DNA from: Callorhinchus milii | Lineage: Eukaryota | Assembly: GCF_018977255.1 (NCBI RefSeq) | Contig: NW_024704743.1 | Coordinates: 2,544,001 to 2,608,000 of the forward strand | Reading direction: 5' to 3' | Length of the DNA: 64,000 nucleotides | In this document: positions 39,973 through 52,909 of the stretch, piece after piece | Position numbering within the stretch: the first letter of the stretch is position 1 | How the letters are laid out: every line of letters starts with the position of its first letter | Made by a program: the position numbers and the translations under genes | The notes under the pieces: model-generated | Database searches by the model: none | What the model was told of the DNA's origin: nothing | Seen by the model: only the letters and a program-made list of their open reading frames with translations

Positions 39973-41026
39973 GTCAGTCTACATCCCCCCATGTTGATAA
40001 TTAACTCAATTATCTGCTTGTTCAACAGATTAAACAGATAGAGCATGCTTGTGGCAGTGATCTTTGTGCAATTCTTTGACAGAGATAGCATTTTATTGAC
40101 CATTTCAACAGCATTAGGTGTGAATGAAAGCTTGTAGGGCTGTTCTGGAGCAACTGTGTAGAAAACAGCTGACAAACGATTTCTCAATTATTTTTCTAGT
40201 TTTTATTGAATGTTTATGTCCTTTTTCATGATCATAAAAGCCTGATAATTTGAACTGCAGGCATTTTATTTAAGTTCGGGATTAAGTTTCTCATCTTAGT
40301 TGTAGCCATTTTATTGCCATGCTGTTCTGTTTGCATAGCTTCTCGTTGTGTTATTAACTTCTCTTTAAATATGTTTTATGAAGTCATTTTATCATATTTG
40401 ACTTAAATTTTGAATCCTGGGATAATAGTTGTGTGCTAGGTTTCATTGATCTGAAGTCTGTGAATGTGAACTGAGATAAAGCAGATTTCACTAAATGAGA
40501 GATTCACAAATGAAGAACAGACAGAAGTATTCAACCTCAGTGTTTAGTATATTATATCGACTGCTTGTATTATAGATAAACATAAAGCTGACTTCTTGCC
40601 TCAAGGAGATTTCAAATGTAACCAATTGTCTTTCAGTAAACTTTATTGAACTTTATATTGTATACTTAAATATTTACAAGCTCCCACCTTTAAATAACAT
40701 TTTTTTAGTGATACACTAAAATTGGTAGTAAAAATGCCTCGATTAACTCCCACAAGTAGTGTGTGGTGTTTACAATACAACTTACATGTGTATTGTGCCT
40801 TTCACGTTGAGAGGTTGTCTCAAGGCACTTTACACTGCTGGCTGGGTACCCCAGGTGGGGGGAGTGCGAGGAGATGGGAGGGGAAAGGTGAGGGTCAAAG
40901 ACTTGTGTCTGGAGACAAACCTTGAACAAGCGGAGGGAGGGCGGGAGGGAGGGAGACAATTAAAACAACAGATTAAGACTTCAGTGTTTGGATAGGTGTG
41001 ACAGTGACTTTAGTCATTCAGAATTT

Positions 41027-41283
41027 ATAATAATAATAATCCTTGCATTTGATATAGCGCTTTTCATGTCTTCTTGACGTCCCAAAGCGCTTCACTGCAT
41101 AGACTGTAAAGTGAATTGACTGTATATTTGTGGGCGAAACGCGGCAGCCAATTGCGCACAGCAGCGTCCGCACAAACAGTCGTGGATTGAAGTGACCAAT
41201 TTATTACTGTTTATTTGAGGGATTATCAGGTGTGTGGAGTAAGGAAACTTGCCCAAGGTTTCGACCTACCGCGAATCGAACTC
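41027..41283 (-). mobile_element. tRNA-derived SINE (head truncated); another head fragment at 41880-41952
   Basis: Matches the family consensus seen elsewhere in the window. Confidence 0.85.
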
Positions 41284-42046
41284 ATGCAAAATGTATTCTT
41301 TGACTTGATATTTGTTCATGTTCTGATCATTTATTGACAAAAATAATCATAAGTGACCCTCTTAAAACTATTATCAAGATTTTCAAAAGCCTTTTAAAAT
41401 TTTCTTCAATTTCAATCACTCTGGGATTGTGTTTTGAATTTGCGTATTTTTGGAAACTTTTTTTGCCTTGGCCAAATCCTGCTTTTACTCATTAATTGTA
41501 AGTTGCAAAGGATGATTTTTCCCAAAAAAATCCAATAAAAATATTTTATCAAAAAACACATCTGTCCGGCTCAGGATCTACCTGTTTGACCACGCCTTCG
41601 GTCATCTTCTCACCCCCCATGCACAGACTTAACTCCCATCCCCAGCTTGGGGGCCAAGCCAGGATTGTTCAGGGCTTTGGGACATCCTCCCGATGTGAAA
41701 GACGCCGTATAAGTATAATTTTTTATTGGATTTTTATTATTATACTCCCAACAATAACATTTATGTAGCCCCCTTCACACGGCACCTAACAGCAGTGTAA
41801 TTTAATGGTGTGACAGTAGTATAACTGTTTGTGTGTGTGGGGGTATATATATATTATATAGATACACACACACACATTTTGCCCTGCCTGGGAATCGAAC
41901 CCCTGTCACTCTCTTGCGAGGCGAGTGCTCTAACCACTGAGCTAAAGGACTCTAGGAGTTGAGTTTGCAGGTGACACGAAAAATAGGGAGTGTGGCTAAG
42001 ATCATTTTATTCTGACTAAAAGCATTTGTGTATGTGTGTGTTTCAG

Positions 42047-42235
42047 GTGGTGGAATTGAAGGCAGGTGGGAAGGATATTCCTGTCACGAGTGCTAACAGG
42101 ATAGCATACATTCACCTTGTAGCAGACTACAGGCTCAATAAACAGATCCGACCACATTGCCTCGCCTTCAGGCAGGGGGTGGCAAATGTTGTCAATCTGG
42201 AATGGCTGAGGATGTTTGACCAACAGGAATTGCAG
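42047..42235 (+). CDS. UBE3C: UBE3C coding exon 20 (VVELKAGGKDIPVTSANR...WLRMFDQQELQ)
   Basis: tttcag| acceptor, 189 nt, |gtaaaa donor. Confidence 0.96.
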
Positions 42236-42791
42236 GTAAAACAATTTGGGTGAGATTTCTGTGCTGTGTAACTCTTGTTGCCCCTGTGGTTCTCAAATGC
42301 CACAATGGAAGATGTTTATCCATCAAAGGAGAAGAGCTTTTCCTTCTCTTCTCACACTCTCCTCCTCCTCCTCCTCCATCTCTCCAACCAAACCGCCCCT
42401 CTTCTCCACTGCCTCCCCCTTCTCCTCCCCAGAATGTTGCACTTGTGTTTTTTTTAAACAAAAAAATTCTTAAGGACTCTAAAACTCCACTGTTTCAAAT
42501 GGCATTTCTTAAAGGACTGACTCCATGTTGAAAATTGGAATCTCTCCCATTAGCCAGAGGTCAGTCACATCAATTTGCTGGAACTCCATTTCAAGAGTAA
42601 GTGGTGTCAGAGGAGAATTCCCGACTTGGTTCCAAATGTGTTGCTATTTGATGCTGTCGACAGATGGCAGGTCACAGTCACCACTCCTAGTAACCTGACG
42701 AATTTCGAAGCGATATTTATTATAGAGCTGTTAGAAACACCAGTATGTTTTTTTTTAAAACTTGTCTTTAATTCCTTTTCCCTCCTGTCAG

Positions 42792-42858
42792 GTTTTAATT
42801 TCTGGAGCACAGATTCCGATCAATCTCGATGATCTCAAAAACTTCACAAACTACTCAG
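42792..42858 (+). CDS. UBE3C: UBE3C coding exon 21 (VLISGAQIPINLDDLKNFTNYS)
   Basis: tgtcag| acceptor, 67 nt, |gtaagt donor. Confidence 0.95.
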
Positions 42859-44034
42859 GTAAGTAAATTAACATGTTAACCTAAGGATGTGAATTTGTTT
42901 TAATTGTCATACTGGGTTCATTTCATTTTGTTGTTGTGTTTAAGCAAATCTGTACAGTAAGCACCATCTGAAACATCAATGGTCTTTTATTGAGTGGGAT
43001 TATTTTTGCCGACTCGGAAAAATGAGCATTGAAAGAAATTCAAATAAATCAACTAGTTTTATTCCCTTTCCTCTCCTGGAGGAGGTGATTTGTGAATCTA
43101 ACACTGGCAACCCTCTGAGAGCTGATTTTGTATGACCGTCAATGGGGTTTCGCCAGGCAATTTAATAGAGCAGGGAATTAATTGTCTTTACTAAAATCCA
43201 CGTTACTACTGGGACAGTTTCTGAATAGTACAATCAGGAGCAGAAACCCTGATTGATCTTGGAGTCCAAGGACAGTGATTTTGAATTGGTTTATGCAAGT
43301 TTGTGATCTAAATTTTCTCACAAATAAACTCCAGAGTGTGGAAAAAGAATATTTTTATTAGCAATATTATTTGATATAGTCCAATGCCCGAGATCTCAGC
43401 AAAGCTTCATCCGCAGATTGTTACCAAGTAAATTAGCCACTCTTTATTTCAGCAGATTGAGGTGTAATAAACACACATGGTTGAGGTACTGTTTAATTAA
43501 TGTGTATAATATAAGCTTGTGGTTACAGATCAGTTGTCAGGAAGTTACCATAATTCCTGATTAATAAGTAGATCCATTGAGCCAGTGCTGTATCTAGGGT
43601 GAGGACTTAATTTGATAGTTGATCTGATTTATTTTTATTTATTTTGGCTTCATAATTGCCTTTGTGTTTGTTCAAGTCATTGTTAAGGAATAAGGGACCT
43701 TCAAAGTGATTTATGTTCATGGATTAAGTGTCAGGGTTAAAATAACTATCCTGACCATTTTGAAATGCTTTTTTATGGCACTTTTAAGGAGGTTTTATTC
43801 ATTGGCTAGCCATGAAGTCTTGATCTTATGTTTGTAGGAGTCTTTTCAGTCTTAAATCTTCATTACGTTACTCTTCTAGAAAGAGGAGAAAACATATTTA
43901 AGTGGTAAATTTTGCTGGTTATATTCATATTTAAATTGCAGAAATGATAATCTGAGTGCAGTAACTCGAACAGTATATCCAAGAACTACAAGAACAACAC
44001 ATTACATTTGTATAGTACCTTTTCTTAATAAAGT

Positions 44035-44195
44035 GTTAATAATAATCCTTGATTTAATATAGCACCTTATAGCATCGTTGAGACATCTCAAAACGATTCG
44101 CAGAATATACTGTAAACCGTAGTGACTATATTTTGTGTGAGAAACAAGGCAACCAACTCCGCACAGCAGTGTCCCACAAACAGTCGTGTGACTGG
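44035..44195 (-). mobile_element. tRNA-derived SINE, 3' half
   Basis: aataatccttgatttaatatagcacc...cagcagtgtcccacaaacagtcgtg. Confidence 0.75.
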
Positions 44196-44412
44196 ATTGC
44201 TCTCGAGGATTGGGGCAGAGATATATACTTAATATATTTAAACTAAAACATTTAACGTTATGTTCCAGCATTTCAGTATTCAAAAATGCTTATTGAAACG
44301 TGAAGTTTACTGCATATCAGCCAGTAACAGGCCAATTACCTTCAGTACTTTGTTTTATTATATACGATTCTGAAAAAGATACCGTTACATTTTTTTTGTC
44401 CCTGTACTTTAG

Positions 44413-44543
44413 GAGGCTATTCAGCAGACCATGTCGTCATTAAAATATTCTGGGACGTCGTGGAAAGTTTCACCAGTGATGAAAAGCGCAAGTTACTGAA
44501 GTTTGTCACTAGTTGCTCTCGACCTCCACTGCTGGGATTTAAG
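44413..44543 (+). CDS. UBE3C: UBE3C coding exon 22 ([16 protein letters not shown]...[15 protein letters not shown])
   Basis: ctttag| acceptor, 131 nt, |gtaaag donor. Confidence 0.96.
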
Positions 44544-47500
44544 GTAAAGCTAAATTGAGGGTTGTGTGTTACAGTTTATAATGGACTGTAGGAATCTTCC
44601 GCTGTTTTAATATGTGAATGTACAATTTACGTTAGCAGATCCTAGTATTCTTTGGATCTATATATAATATACACACAAACACGCACACACGTAGAAATTT
44701 ACTCTAATTAGAAAAACAGGAATGCAGCGAATATGTATATGAATAGCAGAGTCCGAGAACTCCCAGCGTGAGCTACGGAGCACATGGTAAGTCTTGAAGG
44801 TGATGGTCAGATTACCTTTTCCTCATTCAATGCAGTTGATACCGATCTCATAATTAATTCAGGTTTAGCCATGGTGATCTCGACTGCTTTACACCAGAAG
44901 ACGTGTATCTGGTTCCCTCTGGTGGCTCAAGAGTATTGCACTGTTTTTGTACTGAGAATTGCAGATCAGAAAGGTCTGTGCTCAATTTGCTGACGTCTTT
45001 AGTCACAGCTGTTGGGAGGGACGAGGAGAGAAGGGAAATGCACTAAGTTTACGCACTGCTGTTGGCTTCAGTGTCAAAACATCTCAAAGTGCTTCAGAGT
45101 CTCTGAGATGTGTTAGTGACTGTGTATTTGTACTCTTGATGCAGTACGGTGTGGTAGTTATATTTTTCACAGATTTAGAGTATAATTATGAATTATGACC
45201 CAAACGACACACATTGGGTTTCGGTGTAATCCGATGATCACACATTTGTACCTTTTTATTAATGTGAAGTGAGAACTTTTGTTTGAGTAGATTTAGCTTC
45301 AGGAAATTGTGTGTGATTCAGGAGTCAACAAAATCCTTCCGTTTACCTCAGGGAAATTTGGAGAATGTTGTCTGACTTGTTATCTGAATTTTAATTTTTT
45401 TTTGCAATTTGATATTTTGGACACCATTTTAATTTTAATTTCAGTTATCATAAAATTATCACTTCCATAATACAACTTCAAACTGATTCTGTAAATAAAA
45501 AAATCTTCCCTGCTGTGACACTGTTAGTATAAGCCTTGCTGTTAATACCTACCGATCAATAAAACTGCCTAGGTTTACGAGTTGGTAATTACTTAATACA
45601 AGAATAAATATCACGCATTAGGAATTATTTAACAAATAACACCAGATAAAAGGTGGCAAATTATCCTTATCTAATGTATGTATTCTTCTGGCTGAGTTAG
45701 TCTTCCCAAGCCTTTGTAATTCTTCACTATTCACATTATATTGTGATTGAAGGCTTAGGTCATCTTGTCAAGTGTGTTTGCTTGTAATTTAGGTATTTTA
45801 CATGTTTGACTGTTAGGAATTGATTTTGTGTATCACACATTACACACTAAACACATTGAATGAGTTTGCTCCAGCTGTTGGAATTCAGAAACTTAACTTT
45901 GAACGTAGCTTCCAATTTAGACTCCACCATCAGCCTTGGCCTTTGTTTGATGAGGGACTTGTTGATGTAAATGAGTGGCCATATTGTTGACTGCAGAGGG
46001 GCCTTATTTCATCCACCTCAGAGCAAAGTGGCTGTTGGATTTGAGTCAATCCTCTGTGACAGTCTTGATAGTCCGGTTGCTGAGATGGGTCTGCAGTACT
46101 GCAGGGCATTGATGACAGCACGGCCAGACTGGCTCATCGGCAGAACATGGGAATGACAGACCAGTCACTGGGGGCAGTGATTCTTTCCACTCAGGTCCTT
46201 TTAACCCTACAAACCAAAGCTCTAATAGCTAGGGTGTTTTTACCTGGACAAGCAACGGGAAGCTTGTCAGACAATGTTTTTGATGGCAAGTTATGTGGTT
46301 TTAGCTGGTTAAACTCCAGAAGTTACCCACTCCGGGTCCTCAAGCTTTGGCTCTGTTCAACCTGCAACTAATACTGGCCAGAACTGGGGAAGCAGGTGTG
46401 TCCCTCCAAGGAGAGGGTGCGTGTTCTGCTCCAGAAATGGAAATTTCCATGTGTAGGAGGCATACATGTATTACGCAGTCAGTTTGGATCCTCTTACTCA
46501 TAGTGATGGTTTCCTGCGTGTTTTTAACCCCCAGCTGAGCATTTCTGAAGGAGACTTAATATCTCCAACGTTCTGAACTTTTATCTAATTTCTCTTTCCC
46601 ATCTTTGCTTCTGTCATGTTCTTCTTATTGAACCAATTCTCTCTTCCCTTTCTGCTCTTCAAGCCTTCCTCCAACTCTCTTAATAATAATAGTAATAATC
46701 CTTGCATTTGATATAGTGCTTTTCATGGCGGGAGGACGTCCCAAAGCGCTTCACAGAACACACTCTTCATTGCTGCACTCACTTTGTATCTTTACTCCAA
46801 TCTCCTTTACCTTTCTATTCCCCCCCCACAACCCGCCCATCTGCCAGTTCAGGTAGATACTAAGATCTATTGCACTATTAGAAAATAAATGTTTCCGGGT
46901 TCTTAGCCAAGAATCCTCCAGTTAAATTGCTCATTCATTTCCTGGCTGTTGGTGGGAACCTTGCTGTTGGTAATGGCTGCCATATTTGCCTAAAACTTAG
47001 TCCTTGACAGCAATTCCCTGCTCTTTGAGACATTTTCACATATTAAGTGCTATATCAAATGCAAGACTTGCCTAATCAATGAGACATGACTCGTTGGCAG
47101 TAATAATCAGTTGAGTGGGATGGTCCAGAGAATTTGCTTTGCCTTGGTCTATATGCTGCTTCTCTTCTTTTGATCTTTCAGTCTAAGCCAGTGAAATACC
47201 GATATATCCAACCATCACAAGAAAATACATCTTTGTTCAAACCTAGCTACTGTTCTGCTGCGTAATACAACCTCTGTCTATCATAATCCTGCTGAAGGAA
47301 CACAAGCCAACTTTATCTTATCAAAATTCTACTTTTTGAGCTGTTTTTTTTAACCACCTTTTAAGAGATCGTTTAGTTGCTAGCTCTTCAAAAGAGAAAA
47401 GGGAACGTTTTGGCTCATTTTTCTCCTCAAACGCTGATCTTAATTATCCTGGCAAAGAGCCTCCCTCGATTGATCCATCCTGTTCTTCCTTGTTTAATTG

Positions 47501-50284
47501 CTCAAAGGCACTATTTCATCACGTCGCTCGCAAGTCTAACCTTCAATGCTTCCACTTTTAATCCTCCCTCGTTATTGATCTCCTGGTCCCTGCTGTTCCT
47601 GTAAATTCAAGTGTGATTCTTAAATCTCCTCGATCGCTGTAGCAGCTTCCAAAATAAATTTTGGCTTGCTCTTGGTGCCAATTGTTTCTCTTTCCTGGCC
47701 TTTCTATAAGCCAAAGCCATGGATACTGTTCCCATATCTAGAAAGTTCTTGTTCCAATCTCGGACAAGAGAAAATAAACATCTTGTTGTACGTTTACCTC
47801 TGATTTCCATCATTTCTCAATCAGTCACAACCTTTTCTTAAATCAATATTGTCCAGTGCTTTGGGATATCCTCCAGTCTTAAAAGGCACTATACAAAGGT
47901 AATTTGTTGTTATGGTCATTGGACTTGTAAACTTTCCTCTCGTTTTTGCAAATCTGCATATTTGTTGATCCACATGTTCTTCCTCCTCACTGGGCTTTTA
48001 TTTACAATAAAATGTTGGTCATCAGCACTTTGGATAATCTTTGGAGCCTGCACTCAGGTTACCATTTTTTGATCTTAAACCAAGTCGTGTTCATGACTGA
48101 CTGAGTAATAATAATCCTTATAGTAATCCTTGCATTTGGTGCTTTCCCCTCAAATTGTTCAGTTTGTGCTGGAGCTGATGGCTAATTCTCTGACCATTCT
48201 CCATGGTGTGAGGCGAATGGTGTCCACACAATCTAAACAAAGTTGCATCATACGTTGTCCTCGTCACTGGTCGTTGGGGTTCTGTGTGATAGTGGGTAAG
48301 AATTAGTCTAAATACCTCTGCACTTTCAATTGCCATTTTCTGGTACATCACTATTTTGGTCATGGCCTTACAATGATATGTGGCCTCTTTCCGTTTAATG
48401 CATCATTGATACCAGACTCAATGGGCTCCACATGAACAGCCCGCCCTGTGCTCCCCGTAAAGAGGAACTGCACGGCTAAATTGTAATGTAAATCAAGATG
48501 GATCCTGAGGAATGCAATCTGAAGTGAATTAACCCAAGCGTCTTCAAGACGGGTTAAATCGTATAAAGAATAATACTGTACGGGGAAGGCAGAGCTGGAT
48601 AGACATGTGTAATATAAGTGGACAGATTTATACCTGCACTAAAGAGACTGAAGTGCCCAGAGTAATGTAATGTGAATCCGAACACAATCTGCCAAGCGCA
48701 TAAAGCTTCTAAGCCCATCCATTTTTAGCTGTTACGACTTTGCATTTATTTTTACCAGCAGTTTCATTGCTTGATAAGCATTCTGCTCAAAGGCTGCTCT
48801 TTGACTTTGCCCTGTACTAATGCTGCCTTATCTTTAATTAAGTGCAATAAATGTCCAAAAATTCATTAGAAAAGAAATAGCTCTGTCAACGCTAATCCAT
48901 TTTAGAAGATGATTGAAATCTTTTCCAGAAAATCATTTGTTCCTGAATACCGCATCCTGCAGGCAATGACGGTTTAATAAGTTAATAGGCAGAAAAATGG
49001 GTTGTTGGAGAGAAGGTTCAAGGAGTCACTTCACCAGTCTTAAATTGCTGAATCTCTGTTGTACTTTAAGATTACTGAATGAATTGCTATTACCCTTGCC
49101 AACCACAGTTAATGCAAATTTCTGCAAAGTATCATTTAATTTTACGTAAGAATTTTACAAGAATTATTAAGACACCATCAGGGAAAGCAGCTTACCTTGG
49201 ATTTGAAGGATGGAGAAATTGCAGAATATTGCGGGAATGCCAGTCTCAAATTGATCATCTTTTTAGGGTAACTGTCTTGCACAGTTTCAGATATTTGGGA
49301 AAACCTAATAACTTGCATTCAGTACAAAAGCAATGGCAACGGCAACGCTAAGCAGTTTTATGATTGAAATCTTTTCCACAAAATCTTCCCTCGCCTCATT
49401 CAAGGTCTGTCTGAAGACCTATCCCCTTGCCCGTACCGTCAGTTATCTTTCTCCAACGTCTTTGAGACGTCTCAAAGCGCTTCATAGAATATACTGTAAA
49501 GTGGATTGACTTTATATTTTGTGGGTGAATCCGATGTGAAAGGTGCTATATAAATGTAAACTATAGCTGGTGTTAAACATTCTCACCATCACCTAGCAGC
49601 AAGTATTAATTGTTTTTAAGGAACGCTCTCTCTTGAAGAGTTGGTCCCTTGCTGTTTGATCAGCTTTACCACTGTATGAGTGTGCAGCTGCTTCTATGGG
49701 TGATTCTGTAAAACCTGATCGCAAAGGCAGGTTAATTGTCTGAATGACATCCATCATTCCATGATATAAAACTGGCAAATCTGTGATAATTTTCAGCGTA
49801 AAAAGATTCTGTAAAGACATTCTGTGATCTGTAAAAGGCCTTTGAGGTAATTCAGTCTCCTTTAGTTTCAATTGTCAGATAACGTGTTATTTGACCGTTG
49901 AAGGTAAAGATTAGAAAAAAGTAACTTTGATGGGTGATATTTTTTTCCTTTAGACTTTGACTCGCAATGTTCTGATGCTGTTACAAACTGGTACACAATA
50001 CATTTGCAGATTTCAGTGATTGTCTGCACTGATACTTTTTGGGTCTTTCCAAAGATTAAAAATGCTTTAAGAGTTTTAAGAGACTGGTTTATGAATTAGT
50101 ATTGACTGGTATTCATTCTCCGAATTCCCCTCGAGAGGTCTCAGATAATCTTTCAGGACTATGAAAGAAAACTGATGGGGGGGCTAAAATATATAATTTT
50201 TAAATAGCTTAAACAAGCTAATGTTTGCGAAATGATATGTTAATTAAGGTTAACCATCTGACCGCCTTTTTGATTTGTCTTTAG

Positions 50285-50455
50285 GAGCTATATCCTGCAT
50301 TTTGCATACAAAATGGAGGGACTGACTTGGAGCGATTGCCGACAGCTAGTACTTGTATGAACCTACTGAAGCTTCCAGAGTTTTATGATGAAAATCTGAT
50401 GAGGAGCAAACTACTTTATGCAATTGAGTCAGCAGCAGGCTTTGAGCTAAGCTGA
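50285..50455 (+). CDS. UBE3C: UBE3C coding exon 23 ([34 protein letters not shown]...AAGFELS*), catalytic Cys codon at 50354-50356
   Basis: tttag| acceptor, 171 nt to TGA; HECT C-lobe PTASTC motif. Confidence 0.96.
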   Translation, partial: ELYPAFCIQNGGTDLERLPTASTCMNLLKLPEFYDENLMRSKLLYAIESAAGFELS

Positions 50456-51510
50456 AGTAAAACAGGTTGTTGAACTTGTGAAAATATTGGTGTCCTATAC
50501 ACACACCATCAATCAGAATTCTCAGAATGGCGGTAAATCAAACTGTTGATCTGAAACGTGTCTTGTAATGAAGTGCACTGCAAAGATGAGGCTTTTAATC
50601 AACTGTCTGTAGCTCAGAAGAATATAGGATCATATGGATTACAGAGTGGGGGTGTTTTTACTGTGTAGAAATGAATTGGAGACAACACACTGAGCACAAG
50701 TCTCAACTGTGACGAACAGACCGATCTGTAATGTTAACAGAAAAATAAGCCCATGCTCTGTGACATTAACCAAAGATGCAGAAAATGTTGAAATGCCGTG
50801 TATAAGTTAAAAAAAAAACAAAGGGCAAAAAAGGAAGCCATAATAATGGAAGATATTTGCATTTGAAGTAGGTCCCTTCTCATCTGAAGCCTATTTTAGA
50901 AAGGAAATACGTGGCTTATATGGAGTTTTTTTAAAACTTCACGCTGACTTCTTGCATTTGACATGGTTAGGTGGGAGCACATAGACGGTGTATTGCTGTG
51001 TTTTTCATTTTTAAAAGTTGCACATTTCTTACCGTCTTGGTTTCTAATCACAATTATGTCACAGTCTGAAACCCACCAAAAACAATTCCAATTTGAAACC
51101 CAGCTTGTAAGGTGTGTGACTACATCTTTATCCGGTTAGATGATCCTTCTGCAAAACTAGTGTGAATTTTTGAGGGGGGTGGGTGGGTGGGGGGAGTGAG
51201 ATGTATGGATGGGAAATAGTCTTCTAATTCTTTCCAGTGGTCCATTGAAAACTGTTCAGCTTGCTCCTAAAATCGTGCTATTTAGGGTAAACATTTTAAG
51301 ACCAGGATTCGTTTGCGATTTCTGTAAACAGAGATGTGAATACGTATATGTTTTTTTTCCCTGCATCTGTGAATACTATGTTTTTGCTCTGTATCTGTAC
51401 AGTTTTTTTTCTTGTGTATTAAATTTCTGTGGTACCAGAATGGTCCTTGCTGTTAAATGAGCATTGTAACTTAACAGCTATTAAAACAAAATTTGAATAA
51501 TGTCACTGTA
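50456..51510 (+). other. Probable UBE3C 3' UTR with ATTAAA poly(A) signals at 51418-51423 and 51480-51485
   Basis: Repeat-free AU-rich sequence after the stop; TGTA elements upstream and a GT-rich stretch downstream of the second ATTAAA; repeats resume at about 51630. Confidence 0.55.
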
Positions 51511-52909
51511 TATCCTGTGTTTGCACAGATCGCCTTGGAGATGTAATGTGAATTGATGCAAAGTGATTAGGGTTTAGGAAAGCAAATGAGCAGCAGTTTA
51601 AGTCTTGGATTTATTTTAATATAAAGTAAGAACAAACGGTTGCCTTCAGGGCTTGATGTCAAGACATGGTTGAAGAGGAGGGTCTTGAGGTGAGCCATGA
51701 AGGGAGCCAGGTGAAGGGAATGTGGGATGGAGTTCCAGAGGGTGGGGGCAGAGAGGCTGAAGGCGCGATATAGTTTGCGACATGATGTGTGTGTGCGACT
51801 GCCAGGATGATGGAAGGCAAACTGGATGGACCTTAGTCGTCTTTCTCCAGTAAATCCTTACATTGCGTCAGCAGTCCATAGGAAGATTTTTCAGGAAAGT
51901 AATTAAGTAGCAGAGGGAAGTTTTTATTTCCGGTCAGAATTAGTTTGAGTACATACCTCAATATTTTAGAGTAATATTTGCAGGGTTTCCTTATTTAATG
52001 CTGGTGTAACCTACTGTCCACGGATGGCAGGACTCTCTCTTCCAGGTAAGTGATTTCTTCCAGTTCAGCCACTGTTGTTTGCTTTGTTAAATTATTGATG
52101 AGTTTTTGTCAGCGGGAGCAGCACCGAAGTTTGGCCCCAGAAGTTGGAGAGTTCCCTGAATGAGGAACAAAATGGGTAAAGTTCATTAGGGTTCCAGTCA
52201 GCCCAGTACCAACAGCAGCGGAGTGGTTAAAGTACACTGCCTGCCAGGGTCAGCACTTTGCTGGTATGGATCCTGGTCTGTTCGCTGTTAGTTCGTCTCT
52301 GTCAGGGTAACGAGTGCTTTGACTGTCCTCGTCACCAGTTGGGGAAGGTTAAAATCGACTACGATTCCCGTTTCCAACAGCTAATCCAGTTTCCTTTCAA
52401 CTCCATGATTAATTAATTGGAGTCAAATGTCTGATTTGTGTGTTAAATCCTTTATTGATTTACTGCAAATATATTTTGAATTCCTGTCGTAAGAACAACT
52501 AATATCCGACTTCGCTGCTAATCATCTGAATTTGGACGGTTCCCATATTCGAACATAATCTACTTGGCCGCAATAGGACTTTCCAACATCCTTTGACACA
52601 CTAGTGGAAAAGAAGCCATCTTCAGTAACTTGGCTTTATGGTAATATCTCTTTCCTGCACAAACAGTGGAAGGAAGATAAGCTATGGTTTATATCCTGCT
52701 CCAATCAATGGGCCATTGATGAGATGTTTCTTCCTGGCTTACATTCTTAATGCAACTCAGCTACCCTGCCATCCATAAATCCTCAAGGATTACTTCCTCT
52801 CTTTGAGTGAGGAGTTGGCGGTTTTCAGGATGCCAGCTTGATGTCAAGTCGCTTGTATTCATTTACTGCTCTAATATAATATATATTAAATATATACATG
52901 TATAATAAC

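Larger units (their letters stand above)
4593..50455 (+). other. UBE3C: UBE3C gene span (ATG to stop), 23 coding exons, HECT-type E3 ubiquitin-protein ligase; about 1092 aa if the 1-nt gap in exon 14 is repaired
   Basis: Spliced translation runs MFSFEGDFKTRPKVSLGGASRK... IQ-like IIQSYVRGYRDRK ... HECT motifs GIDGGGIFREF and [16 protein letters not shown] ... AAGFELS*. It is colinear with vertebrate UBE3C as recalled. Exon phases are mutually compatible except at exon 14. Confidence 0.97.

Noticed and set aside
41828..41878. (TG)n-(TA)n-(CA)n hairpin as a possible miRNA precursor
   Set aside because: Self-complementarity comes purely from dinucleotide microsatellites.
8493..50284. Intronic snoRNA or other ncRNA genes
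   Set aside because: I saw isolated C-box-like words (e.g. ATGATGA near 25265) but no convincing C/D pair with a terminal stem. An Infernal/Rfam scan would be needed to exclude them.
4593..50455. Calling UBE3C a pseudogene
   Set aside because: Only one lesion in 3278 coding nt. Splice sites, promoter and catalytic motif are intact, so an assembly error or a recent allele is more plausible.
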